Source of the DNA: Acidimicrobiales bacterium
Lineage (GTDB): Bacteria; Actinomycetota; Acidimicrobiia; Acidimicrobiales; VFJN01
Reading direction: 5' to 3'
Length of the DNA: 64,000 nucleotides
NCBI GenBank assembly: GCA_035641315.1
Contig: DASQUK010000214.1
Coordinates: 2,353 to 66,352 of the forward strand
The translations under genes and the position numbers were made by a program. Shown one piece after another: positions 49,629 through 58,755 of this stretch (its first letter is position 1; each line of letters starts with the position of its first letter). The notes under the pieces are model-generated. The model was not told where the DNA came from. It was given only the letters and a program-made list of their open reading frames with translations, and searched no databases.

Positions 49629-51368
49629 ATGCCGAGCCTGCCCGAGATCTGCGCCCAGCTCACGGGCCCGGGGGGAGCGTTCGAGGTCGTCACCGAGGAC
49701 GTGCTCGGCCGTCCCCTACAGGTCTACAAGGACCGCATGCGGTCACTGCGGGAGATCCCGCAGGCCGCCATCGCCCGAGCCGACGACGCCACCTTCCTGG
49801 TCTACGGCGACCGCAGCTACGGCTTCCGCAACTTCGTCGAACAGGCCAACGGCCTCGCCCACGCCCTGGCCTTTCGCGTCGGCGTCGGTGCGGGCGACCG
49901 GGTCGCGGTCCTCAGCCAGAACAACCCGGAGTGGTGCCTCACGTTCTGGGCCACGGTGTCGAGCGGCGCCATCCTGGTGGGGCTCAACGGCTGGTGGAAG
50001 GCCGACGAGAGCCTCTACGGCCTGCGGGACTCGGGCGCCAAGGTGCTGGTGGCCGACGCCAAGAGGTTCGAGCGCATCGCCGATCGCCTCGGGGAGGCGC
50101 CCGACCTCACGCACGTGTTGCTGATCGACTGCGACCCCGACGACTTCCCCGCGGCGAAGGGGTCGGCGGTGAAGCTGCTGCGCTTCGACGAGCTGGGTGC
50201 CGACCCGACCGACCGGTTCCCGGGGGCGCCGATCGCCGAGGACGACCCGGCGGTCATCTTCTACACCTCGGGCACGACCGGGAAGGCGAAGGGCGCCATC
50301 TCGACCCACCGGTCGATGATCGCCAACCTGCAGAACACGCTGTTCTTCACCCTGGCGGGGGCGATGGCCAATCCGGACCGCGACTCGCCGGCGCCGGCGG
50401 GTGGCGACGGGCCGACCGTCTCGCTGCTGACCTCCCCGCTGTTCCATGTGTCGGGCTGCCACTCCAACCTGGTGGTCGGGCTGCTCGCGGGGGTGAGGCT
50501 CGTCATTCCCGAGGGGCGCTTCGACCCGGTCCAGGTGCTGCGCCTCATCGCGGAGCACCGCGTCACCGTGTGGGCCACGGTGCCGACGATGGTGTGGCGG
50601 GTGTGCGAGCACCCCGCACGCCACGACTACGACACCTCCAGCGTCACGACCGTGGCGTTCGGCGGCTCGCCGTCGGCCGACGAGCTGCTGCGCAAGGTGG
50701 CAGGGACGTTCCCCAACGTTCGGTCGACGTCCAACGCCTACGGGCTGACCGAGACGTCGTCGGTGGCCACGGTCATCAGCGGTGCCGACGCCAAGCGCAA
50801 GCCACGCTCGGTCGGCCCGCCCGTGCCCACGGTGGAGGTGCGGATCGTCGACGCGGCGGGTCGGCCGGTGGGCGTGGGCGAGACCGGGGAGGTGTGCGTC
50901 CGGGGACCGATCCTCATGAAGGGCTACTGGAACAAGCCCGAGGCCACGGCCGAGGCCATCGACGCCGACGGGTTCCTCCACACCGGCGACATCGGCCACC
51001 TCGACGACGAGGGCTACCTCACCATCACCGACCGCAAGAAGGACATGATCATCCGCGGCGGCGAGAACATCTACTGCGTGGAGATCGAGAACCGCCTGGT
51101 CGAGCACCCCTCCGTCGCCGACGCCGCGGTCATCGGCGTGCCCCACCCCGAGTTCGGTGAGGAGGTGAAGGCGGTGGTGCAGACCGAGCCGGGCGCCTCG
51201 CTCACCCACGACGACGTCCGGCGTTGGGTTGCCGCCGAGCTGGCCGACTTCAAGGTGCCCGCCCACGTGGAGGTGCGCACCGAGCCCCTCCCCCGCAGCG
51301 CCTCCGGCAAGCTGCTCAAGAACGTCCTGCGGGGCGAGGGCGAGGTCAGCTTCGAAGAGACGCTGTGA
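49629..51368 (+). CDS. AMP-dependent acyl-CoA synthetase/ligase
   Basis: IFYTSGTTGKAKGAISTHRS, GFLHTGDIGHLDDEGYLTITDRKKDMIIRGGENI, PRSASGKLLK. ATG at 49629 after GGAGGGGG. Confidence 0.85.
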   Translation: MPSLPEICAQLTGPGGAFEVVTEDVLGRPLQVYKDRMRSLREIPQAAIARADDATFLVYGDRSYGFRNFVEQANGLAHALAFRVGVGAGDRVAVLSQNNPEWCLTFWATVSSGAILVGLNGWWKADESLYGLRDSGAKVLVADAKRFERIADRLGEAPDLTHVLLIDCDPDDFPAAKGSAVKLLRFDELGADPTDRFPGAPIAEDDPAVIFYTSGTTGKAKGAISTHRSMIANLQNTLFFTLAGAMANPDRDSPAPAGGDGPTVSLLTSPLFHVSGCHSNLVVGLLAGVRLVIPEGRFDPVQVLRLIAEHRVTVWATVPTMVWRVCEHPARHDYDTSSVTTVAFGGSPSADELLRKVAGTFPNVRSTSNAYGLTETSSVATVISGADAKRKPRSVGPPVPTVEVRIVDAAGRPVGVGETGEVCVRGPILMKGYWNKPEATAEAIDADGFLHTGDIGHLDDEGYLTITDRKKDMIIRGGENIYCVEIENRLVEHPSVADAAVIGVPHPEFGEEVKAVVQTEPGASLTHDDVRRWVAAELADFKVPAHVEVRTEPLPRSASGKLLKNVLRGEGEVSFEETL

Positions 51369-51369
51369 C

Positions 51370-52044
51370 CTACCGCAACACCGTGTAGGCCGCCACGGTG
51401 GCGGCGCTGTTCGTGGCGGCGTGCACCAGGAGCGGGGCGAGCAGGCTGCGCGACCCGAGCCGGAGGGCGCAGAACACGAACCCGCCCACGGTCGTGAGCA
51501 CGACCGCGGCGGTCACCGCGCCGGCCTGAGCCCAGGCGCTCTGCGCCAGGTCGTTGGTGGCGAGCGCGCTGAGCGTGGGCCGGATGTGCCACAGCCCGAA
51601 GAGCACGGAGGACGCCACGACCGCCGTGCGCATCGGGCAGATCCGGGCGAGCAGGCCGAGGAGGACGCCCCGGAAGGCCAGCTCCTCGAACAGGGCCGTG
51701 CCCAGCGGGATGCGCACGAGCGCCTGGTAGGCCAGCTCGGACCGGGAGTCGATGTCGGCGTTGCGCTCGTCCTCGAACCACCCTCGGGTGAGCGGCAGGG
51801 CGGCGCCGACGACGATCCCGGCGACGACGATCGCGGCGCCCACCCCGCCTACGACAAGACCCCGGCGGACCGTGGCCCGCGCCAGGCCGGCCTCCCGGGC
51901 GGACAGGCCGCCGGCGCGGCCGATGACCACGAGGGCCCCCGCCGTGGCCAGGTTCACCGGCACGTACCACGCGGAGGGGACCAGCGACTCGCCGGCCACG
52001 TTGCGGGCGGCGAGCACCCCCACGACGATCACCACGGACGCCAT
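51370..52044 (-). CDS. CPBP-family intramembrane glutamic endopeptidase (CAAX protease-like)
   Basis: EELAFRG, FGLWH and HAATN motifs in a polytopic membrane protein. ATG at 52044 preferred, because the upstream extension covers a palindromic repeat. Confidence 0.75.
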   Translation of the reverse strand: MASVVIVVGVLAARNVAGESLVPSAWYVPVNLATAGALVVIGRAGGLSAREAGLARATVRRGLVVGGVGAAIVVAGIVVGAALPLTRGWFEDERNADIDSRSELAYQALVRIPLGTALFEELAFRGVLLGLLARICPMRTAVVASSVLFGLWHIRPTLSALATNDLAQSAWAQAGAVTAAVVLTTVGGFVFCALRLGSRSLLAPLLVHAATNSAATVAAYTVLR

Positions 52045-52070
52045 GGGGCTCCACGGTCGCGTAGCGCCCC

Positions 52071-52116
52071 TTCTGCCCGCGCTCACCCGCACTATGGAAG
52101 GTCAGCGCGGGCAGAA
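52071..52116. repeat. 46-bp palindromic element, copy 1
   Basis: ttctgcccgcgctcacc-cgcactatggaa-ggtcagcgcgggcagaa, 27 nt upstream of the CPBP ATG. Confidence 0.85.
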
Positions 52117-52161
52117 TGGCTCGTCGGGTCGGCGACGCCCGTCGTGCCTTCAGTGCACCGC

Positions 52162-52207
52162 TTCTGCCCGCGCTCACCCGCACCATGGAAGGTCAGCGCG
52201 GGCAGAA
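52162..52207. repeat. 46-bp palindromic element, copy 2 (1 mismatch to copy 1)
   Basis: ttctgcccgcgctcacc-cgcaccatggaa-ggtcagcgcgggcagaa, 22 nt upstream of the PPOX ATG. Spacing between the two copies is 91 bp. Confidence 0.85.
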
Positions 52208-52228
52208 TGCCGTGTGCCCTACACACGC

Positions 52229-52645
52229 ATGACCGAGGACGAGTGGTGGGCGTTCCTGCGGTCGTCGGTGCGGCCGGCGCTGCTCGGGACGACCCGGGCC
52301 GACGGCCGCCCCCACGTCGCCCCGATCTGGTACGACGTCGAGGACGGCACGCTCGTGTTCACCACCGGCGCCGACACGGTGAAGGGCCGGGCCATCCGCC
52401 GGACCAGCCGGGTGGCGCTGTGCGTGCAGGACGACCGGCCGCCGTTCTCGTTCGTGATGGTCGAGGGTGAGGCCACATGCAGCGACGATCCGGGCGAGGT
52501 CCGTCGCTGGGCCACCCGTCTCGGCGGGCGCTACATGGGCGCCGACCGCGCCGAGGAGTACGGCGACCGCAACGCGGTGCCGGGCGAGATGCTCGTGCGG
52601 GTCACCCCGACCCGCGTCGTCTCGGCCCGCGACGTGGCGGACTGA
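52229..52645 (+). CDS. pyridoxamine-5'-phosphate-oxidase-fold (PPOX-class, probably F420-dependent) protein
   Basis: MTEDEWWAFLRSSVRPALLGTTRADGRPHVAPIWYDVEDGTLVFTTGADTVKGRAIRRTSRVALCVQDD...FVMVEGEA. Confidence 0.75.
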   Translation: MTEDEWWAFLRSSVRPALLGTTRADGRPHVAPIWYDVEDGTLVFTTGADTVKGRAIRRTSRVALCVQDDRPPFSFVMVEGEATCSDDPGEVRRWATRLGGRYMGADRAEEYGDRNAVPGEMLVRVTPTRVVSARDVAD

Positions 52646-52653
52646 GACGTCAC

Positions 52654-53679
52654 TCAGCCCCCCGAGGCGTCCTCGAAGCGCTGCTTGCCGGCGGAGATCC
52701 AGGGCATCATCGCCCGCAGCTCGGCGCCGACCTTCTCGATCGGGTGCTCCTTGCCGGCCTGGCCCAGCGCCGAGAACCGGGCGCGGCCCGACTCGGACTC
52801 GGCGATCCACTCCTCGGCGAACTTGCCGGTCTGGATCTCGTCGAGGATGGTCCGCATCTCGGCGCGCACGGCGTCGTTGATCACCCGCGGCCCCCGCGTG
52901 AGGTCGCCGTACTCGGCGGTGTCGCTCACCGAGTAGCGCATGCCGGCCACGCCCTGCTCGTACATGAGGTCGACGATGAGCTTCAGCTCGTGGAGGCACT
53001 CGAAGTACGCCGACTCCGGCTGGTAGCCGGCTTCGACGAGCGTCTCGAAGCCGGCCTGCACCAGCGCGGTGAGCCCGCCGCACAGCACGACCTGCTCGCC
53101 GAACAGGTCGGTCTCGGTCTCCTCCTCGAACGTGGTCCCGAGCACGCCCGCCCGGGTGCCGCCGATGGCGTCGGCGTAGGCCAGCGCCAGGCCGTGGGCG
53201 TGCCCGGAGGCGTCCTGGCCGACGGCGACCAGGCAGGGCACGCCGCCGCCCTCGGTGTAGGTGCGGCGCACCAGGTGCCCGGGGCCCTTGGGCGCCACGA
53301 GCGCGACGTCGACGCCGGCGGGGGCGACGACCTGGCCGAAACGCACGGAGAAGCCGTGCGCCACGAACAGCGCGTCGCCCTCGGTGAGGTGCGGGGCGAT
53401 GTGGTTGGCGAAGATCGCCTTGTGTTCCGTGTCGGGCCCCAGCAGCATGACCAGGTCGGCCTCGGCGGCGGCGTCGGCGATCGAGCGCACGGTCAGGCCG
53501 GCCGCCTCGGCCTTGGTCCGCGACGACGATCCGTCCCGCAAGCCGACGCGCACGTCGATGCCCGAGTCCCGGAGGTTGAGGGCATGGGCGTGGCCCTGCG
53601 AGCCGTAGCCGATCACCGCCACCTTGCGTCCGGCGACGAGCGACCGGTCGGCGTCCTTCTCGTAGTACACGTTGGCCAT
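52654..53679 (-). CDS. ilvC: ketol-acid reductoisomerase
   Basis: [28 protein letters not shown]...; CGG...[25 protein letters not shown]. Confidence 0.95.
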   Translation of the reverse strand: MANVYYEKDADRSLVAGRKVAVIGYGSQGHAHALNLRDSGIDVRVGLRDGSSSRTKAEAAGLTVRSIADAAAEADLVMLLGPDTEHKAIFANHIAPHLTEGDALFVAHGFSVRFGQVVAPAGVDVALVAPKGPGHLVRRTYTEGGGVPCLVAVGQDASGHAHGLALAYADAIGGTRAGVLGTTFEEETETDLFGEQVVLCGGLTALVQAGFETLVEAGYQPESAYFECLHELKLIVDLMYEQGVAGMRYSVSDTAEYGDLTRGPRVINDAVRAEMRTILDEIQTGKFAEEWIAESESGRARFSALGQAGKEHPIEKVGAELRAMMPWISAGKQRFEDASGG

Positions 53680-53701
53680 CGGGTTCCTTTCTTGTCCCTT
53701 C

Positions 53702-54253
53702 TCAGGCGGGGCGGCGCACGGGCCGCAGGTTGGGGGCCGAGCGCTCGAGCTTGGGCAGCGCCACCCGGCCGGTGCGCTGCAGCTCGACGATCCCGAACGG
53801 GCGCAGCAAGTCCTCGAGGTCGTCCAGCCGGTCGGGTTCGCCGGCGAGGCTCACCGTCAGCTCGTCATGGCCGACGTCGACGATGCGCCCGTCGAACAGC
53901 CCCACGAGCTCGACCACCTGGCTGCGGGTGGCGGCATCCGCCCGGACGGTGGCGAGCATGAGCTCGCGCTCGACCGCGTCTCGGGGGTCGAGCTCGGAGA
54001 TCTTGACGACGTTGACCAGCTTGAACAGCTGTTTGGTGATCTGCTCCAGCGACGTTGACTCGACGTCGACCACGATCGTGATGCGGCTGAACCGCTCGTC
54101 CTCGGTGGGGGCGACCGCCAGGGAGTAGATGTTGAACCCGCGGCGCGCGAACAGCCCCGCCACCCGGGCGAGCACGCCGGCCTTGTTCTCGACCAGCACC
54201 ACCAGCGTGTGGTGCCGGGCGTCGGTGCCGGGCAATCCGAGTTGCGGCGGCAT
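53702..54253 (-). CDS. ilvN: acetolactate synthase small (regulatory) subunit
   Basis: [48 protein letters not shown], an ACT domain. ATGA overlap with ilvB. Confidence 0.9.
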   Translation of the reverse strand: MPPQLGLPGTDARHHTLVVLVENKAGVLARVAGLFARRGFNIYSLAVAPTEDERFSRITIVVDVESTSLEQITKQLFKLVNVVKISELDPRDAVERELMLATVRADAATRSQVVELVGLFDGRIVDVGHDELTVSLAGEPDRLDDLEDLLRPFGIVELQRTGRVALPKLERSAPNLRPVRRPA

Positions 54254-56007
54254 CAGCTGGCCTCCCCCCGCTGCGACGGGTCGACGATGATGTCGTCGTT
54301 GGACTTGCCGGCCGGGACCATCGGGTACACCTTCTCCTCGCTGGCGGTACGGAAGTCGATGACCACCGGGCGGTCGTCGATCTCGTTGGCCTTGGCGATG
54401 GCGGCGTCGACCTCCTCCGGCGACTCGACCCGCATGCCGGCGCAGCCCATGGCCTCGGCCCACAGCTTGTAGTCGGGCAGGTCCGGCGACAGGTACACCT
54501 CGCTGTACCGCTCCTCGTAGAACATCTCCTGCCACTGGCGCACCATGCCCAGGTAGGCGTTGTTGATGACGGCGACCTTGACCGGGATGCCCTGCGAGGC
54601 GGCGGTGATCAGCTCCTGGGCGGTCATCTGGAAGCAGCCGTCGCCGTCGACCGCCCACACCGTCCGGTCGGGGCGACCCACCTTGGCGCCGATGGCGGCG
54701 GGCACCGAGAAGCCCATCGTGCCGAGGCCGCCCGAGTTCACGAACGTGTACGGGTGGCGGAACTTCCAGTACTGCGACGTCCACATCTGGTGCTGGCCCA
54801 CGCCGGCGGCGACGATCGTGTCGCCGGGCGCGTTGTCGCGGAGCCGCTCGAGCACGAACTGGGGCTTGAGCGCCTCGCCGGGCTCCGAGTGCTCGTAGGT
54901 GAGCGGGTAGCGCTCCTGCCAGCCGGAGACGGTCTGCTTCCAGGGAGAGCGGTCGGGAAAGGCGGCGCCGCCCTCGATCAGCTGCCGCACGGCGGCCACC
55001 AGCTCCTCGATGACCAGCTGGCAGTCGCCCACGATGGGGACGTCGGGCCGGCGCACCTTGCCGAGCTCTGCGGGGTCGATGTCCACGTGGATGACCTTGG
55101 CGTCGGGGGCGAAGGCGTCGACCTTGCCGGTCACCCGGTCGTCGAAGCGGCTGCCGAGGGCGATGAGCAGGTCGCTCCGCTGCATGGACGTGACCGCCGT
55201 GTAGTTGCCGTGCATGCCCGGCATGCCGAGGCAGAGCGGGTGGTCGTCGGGGAAGGCGCCCCGGGCCATGAGCGTGGTGACCACGTGGATGTCGCACAGC
55301 TCGGCCAGCTCGCGCAGTGCCTCGGCGGCCCGGGCCTTGAGGATGCCGCCCCCGGCGTAGATGACCGGGCGCCGAGCCTGGACGATCAGCTCGGCCGCCC
55401 GCCGGATCATCTTGGGATGCCCCTTCGTGGTGGGCCGGTAGCCGGGCAGGCTGGCGGCGACCTCGTCGTTGCTCGGCCAGTGCCACTCCATGGCCGATCG
55501 GGGGTTGTTGGGGTCGACGATGTCCTTGGGCACGTCGAGCAGCACCGGCCCGGGGCGGCCCGTGGTGGCGAGGTGGAACGCCTGGCGGACCGCCAGCGGG
55601 ATGTCCTCCGCCCGGGTGACCAGCTCGTTGTGCTTGGTGACCGAGCGGGTGATGCCGACCGTGTCGCACTCCTGGAAGGCATCGGTGCCGATCGCCGAGA
55701 ACGGCACCTGCCCGGTGATGCACACCAGCGGCACCGAGTCCATGTAGGCGTCGCACAGCGGGGTGACGATGTTGGTGGCGGCGGGCCCGGAGGTGACCAT
55801 GCACACGCCCGGCCGCCCCGTGGCGTGGGCGAAGCCCTCGGCCATGTGCCCGGCGCCCTGCTCGTGGCGCACGAGGATGTGGCGGATGGGGCTGTCGATG
55901 ATGGGGTCGTACACGGGGAGGATCGCACCGCCCGGGAGGCCGAACATGACCTCCACGCCCTCCATCTCGAGGGATTTGATCAATGCTTGTCCGCCGTTGA
56001 GTCGCAT
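54253..56007 (-). CDS. ilvB: acetolactate synthase large (catalytic) subunit
   Basis: GGQALIKSLEMEGVEVMFGLPGGAILPVYD...; ThDP motif GLGTMGFSVPAAIGAK...DGDGCFQMT.QEL...N. Confidence 0.95.
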   Translation of the reverse strand: MRLNGGQALIKSLEMEGVEVMFGLPGGAILPVYDPIIDSPIRHILVRHEQGAGHMAEGFAHATGRPGVCMVTSGPAATNIVTPLCDAYMDSVPLVCITGQVPFSAIGTDAFQECDTVGITRSVTKHNELVTRAEDIPLAVRQAFHLATTGRPGPVLLDVPKDIVDPNNPRSAMEWHWPSNDEVAASLPGYRPTTKGHPKMIRRAAELIVQARRPVIYAGGGILKARAAEALRELAELCDIHVVTTLMARGAFPDDHPLCLGMPGMHGNYTAVTSMQRSDLLIALGSRFDDRVTGKVDAFAPDAKVIHVDIDPAELGKVRRPDVPIVGDCQLVIEELVAAVRQLIEGGAAFPDRSPWKQTVSGWQERYPLTYEHSEPGEALKPQFVLERLRDNAPGDTIVAAGVGQHQMWTSQYWKFRHPYTFVNSGGLGTMGFSVPAAIGAKVGRPDRTVWAVDGDGCFQMTAQELITAASQGIPVKVAVINNAYLGMVRQWQEMFYEERYSEVYLSPDLPDYKLWAEAMGCAGMRVESPEEVDAAIAKANEIDDRPVVIDFRTASEEKVYPMVPAGKSNDDIIVDPSQRGEAS

Positions 56008-56031
56008 GGCGGTGCTCCTTGGGGTGGTTTC

Positions 56032-56107
56032 GGGAAACGGGAAAACGGAAACGACCTCCCGGTTGGGAGGTCGTCGACGCGCACGCGGGCAGGTGGCCGG
56101 CGTGCGC
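56032..56107 (-). terminator. ilvBNC attenuator: hairpin followed by an intrinsic terminator
   Basis: Minus strand: GCGCACGC-CGGCCACCUGCC-GCGUGCGC (56079-56107), then ACGACCUCCC-AACC-GGGAGGUCGU (56051-56074) followed by UUCCGUUUUCCCGUUUCCC. AAGGAG and the ilvB ATG follow. Confidence 0.6.
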
Positions 56108-56142
56108 TACATGAGGACTACGAGCAGGCGGTGGGCGTGCAT
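56107..56142 (-). CDS. putative ilvBNC leader peptide MHAHRLLVVLM*
   Basis: ATG CAC GCC CAC CGC CTG CTC GTA GTC CTC ATG TAG, containing a Leu-Leu-Val-Val-Leu run. The stop overlaps the base of the first hairpin. Confidence 0.6.
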   Translation of the reverse strand: MHAHRLLVVLM

Positions 56143-56225
56143 CGGCCGTGAAGCTTCCCACGGATGGCCCAGCGGGAGCAAGGCGGATCCCGGGCCTGGT
56201 ACCTCCGCCCACGTAGACTTCCATC

Positions 56226-56420
56226 GTGCCGACGACGGCCGCCGACCGATTCCGTGCTGCGCTCGAGCTGGCCGATGCCGGGATACGGCTCATGCGACAG
56301 AACCTGGAGCGCCGGAACCCATCCGCGTCGCCCGAAGAGATCGACGGGTTGCTGCGGGAATGGCTGGCGAGGCGGCCACCGGACGCCCCCGGCCGGCCGC
56401 GGCCGATCAGCCCCGAGTGA
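56226..56420 (+). CDS. small helical hypothetical protein (64 aa), upstream partner of the NTase-fold gene
   Basis: GTG start. PTTAADRFRAALELADAGIRLMRQNLERRNPSASPEEIDGLLREWLARRPP. Its TGA overlaps the GTG of the next gene (GTGA). Confidence 0.4.
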   Translation: MPTTAADRFRAALELADAGIRLMRQNLERRNPSASPEEIDGLLREWLARRPPDAPGRPRPISPE

Positions 56421-56998
56421 CCGGCTTCGAGGCAGCGGCGAGACGGGTGGCGGCGGATCTGCGGGCCGCCGGGCGAGAAGGCGCGCTCGTCGGTGGCCTC
56501 GCCGTGTCGATACGCACCGAGCCCCGATTCACCCAGGATCTCGACCTTGCCGTTGCCGTTGAGGACGACGAGGTCGCCGAGCGAACCGTTCGCTCGTTCC
56601 TGGGCGAGGGATACCAGCTGATGGCGACGGTCGAGCACGAGGCGACCGGCCGCCTCGCCATGGCACGGTTCGAGCTGCCGGCATCCGACCAGATCGCCGA
56701 CCTGCTGTTCGCCTCCTCGGGGATCGAACCTGAAGTCGTCGCCGCCGCCGACGTGCTGCAGGTGCTCCCCGGTCTCGAGTTGCCAGTGGCGACGACTGGC
56801 CACCTCATCGCGCTCAAGCTCCTCGCCCGCGACGACGAGACCCGCCCGCTGGATGCGGTCGATCTCCGGGCTCTCGTCGCCGTCGCCGACGATCAGGACC
56901 TATCGCTGGCTCGGGAGGCGGTGGTCTTGATCACCACGCGCGGCTACGACCGCGGCCGCGACCTCACGAGGGCGCTGGAGGAGGTCGTTCGCGGCTAG
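56417..56998 (+). CDS. Pol-beta-superfamily nucleotidyltransferase-fold protein
   Basis: ALVGGLAVSIRTEPRFTQDLDLAV fits the hG[GS]-x9-13-Dh[DE]h minimal NTase motif. A further acidic residue lies in QIADLLFAS. 193 aa. Confidence 0.55.
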   Translation: MTGFEAAARRVAADLRAAGREGALVGGLAVSIRTEPRFTQDLDLAVAVEDDEVAERTVRSFLGEGYQLMATVEHEATGRLAMARFELPASDQIADLLFASSGIEPEVVAAADVLQVLPGLELPVATTGHLIALKLLARDDETRPLDAVDLRALVAVADDQDLSLAREAVVLITTRGYDRGRDLTRALEEVVRG

Positions 56999-57040
56999 TG
57001 GCCCCCACTCCTGCCTCGGGACGGAAGGTGGGGGGCGCCG

Positions 57041-58738
57041 TCACACCTCGGTGATGGCGCCCCGGTCGGCGCCCGAGGCCAGGCGGGCGTACTTGGCGAG
57101 CACCCCCGAGGTGTAGCGGGGCTCGGGGAGCTTCCACTCGGCCCGGCGCCGGGCCAGCTCGGCGTCGTCGACCACCACGTCCAGGGACTTCGACGGCACG
57201 TCGATGACGATGCGGTCGCCGTCGGCGACCAGGGCGATGGGCCCCCCGTCCGTCGCCTCGGGCGCGACGTGGCCGACGCAGAAGCCGTGGGTGCCGCCGG
57301 AGAACCGGCCGTCCGTCACGAGCGCGCAGTCGCCGCCTCGCCCGGCGCCCTTCATGGCCCCGGTGACGGCCAGCATCTCCCGCATCCCGGGGCCGCCCGT
57401 GGGGCCCTCGTAGCGGATCACCAACACCGTGCCCGGCTCGATGGCGCCGGCGAGGATGGCCTCCATCGCCCGGTCCTCGCCGTCGAACACCCGGGCGGTC
57501 CCCTCGAACCGGTCGGCGTCGATGCCCGCCACCTTGACCACCGCCCCCTGCGGGGCCAGCGAACCCGTGAGCACGGCGATGCCGCCCACGGCGTGGATCG
57601 GGTCGGTGAGCGGGTGGATGACCGACCCGTCGGGGGCCGGCGGGTCGAGGGCCGCCAGGTTTTCGGCCACGGTCCGCCCCGTGACGGTGAGGCAATCGCC
57701 GTGCAGCAGCCCGGCCTCCAGCAGGTGGCGCATCACCACCGGGACCCCGCCCACCCGGTCGACGTCGGCCATGTGGTAGGCGCCGGCCGGCTTGGTGTCG
57801 GCGATGTGGGGAACCCGGCCGGCCACCCGGTTGAAATCGTCGAGCGCCAGCTCCACCCGGGCCTCGGCGGCGATCGCCAGCAGGTGCAGCACGGCGTTGG
57901 TGGAGCCGCCGAGCGCCATGACGACGGCGATGGCGTTCTCGAACGCCTCCTTGGTCAGGACCTGGCGGGGCCGGATCCCCGCCTCCAGGAGCCCCACGAC
58001 CGCCTCGCCGGAGGCGTAGGCGAAGTCGTCACGGCGGCGGTCGACGGCCGGCGGCGACGCCGAGCCCGGCAGCGACATCCCCAGCGCCTCGGCCACCGAC
58101 GCCATGGTGTTGGCCGTGAACATGCCGGCGCACGAGCCCTCCGTGGGGCAAGCGTTGCGCTCGATGGCGTCGAGCCCGGCGTCGTCCAGCGTGCCGGCGG
58201 CGTGCGCCCCCACCGCCTCGAACACGCTGACCACATCGAGCGCCCGGCCGCCCAGGTGTCCGGGCAGGATCGACCCGCCGTAGAGGAAGACGCTCGGCAG
58301 GTTCAGCCGGGCGGCGGCCATGAGCATGCCGGGCAACGACTTGTCGCACCCGGCGAACGTCACCAGGGCGTCGAACCGCTCGGCGTGCACCATCGTCTCG
58401 ATCGAGTCGGCGATCACCTCGCGGGACACGAGGGACGCCCGCATCCCCTCGTGGCCCATCGAGATGCCGTCGGACACGGCGATCGTCGTGAACTCGATCG
58501 GGTACGCGCCGGCGGCCCGCACACCGTCCTTCGAGCGCTTGGCCAGCCGGTCGAGCGGCAGGTTGCAGGGCGTGACCTCGTTCCACGACGAGCACACGGC
58601 GACCTGCGGCTTGTCCCAGTCGTCGTCGGTCATGCCGATGGCGCGCAGCATCGCCCGGGCGGGCGCCCGCTGAGCGCCCTCCGTGACCTCGCGTGAGCGG
58701 TGCTTGATGTCGACGGGGGACTCGGTGGGCTCGGGCAT
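57041..58738 (-). CDS. ilvD: dihydroxy-acid dehydratase
   Basis: [47 protein letters not shown]...[14 protein letters not shown]...[11 protein letters not shown]...[11 protein letters not shown]. Confidence 0.95.
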   Translation of the reverse strand: MPEPTESPVDIKHRSREVTEGAQRAPARAMLRAIGMTDDDWDKPQVAVCSSWNEVTPCNLPLDRLAKRSKDGVRAAGAYPIEFTTIAVSDGISMGHEGMRASLVSREVIADSIETMVHAERFDALVTFAGCDKSLPGMLMAAARLNLPSVFLYGGSILPGHLGGRALDVVSVFEAVGAHAAGTLDDAGLDAIERNACPTEGSCAGMFTANTMASVAEALGMSLPGSASPPAVDRRRDDFAYASGEAVVGLLEAGIRPRQVLTKEAFENAIAVVMALGGSTNAVLHLLAIAAEARVELALDDFNRVAGRVPHIADTKPAGAYHMADVDRVGGVPVVMRHLLEAGLLHGDCLTVTGRTVAENLAALDPPAPDGSVIHPLTDPIHAVGGIAVLTGSLAPQGAVVKVAGIDADRFEGTARVFDGEDRAMEAILAGAIEPGTVLVIRYEGPTGGPGMREMLAVTGAMKGAGRGGDCALVTDGRFSGGTHGFCVGHVAPEATDGGPIALVADGDRIVIDVPSKSLDVVVDDAELARRRAEWKLPEPRYTSGVLAKYARLASGADRGAITEV

Positions 58739-58755
58739 GGCGGTGAAGCGTAGAT

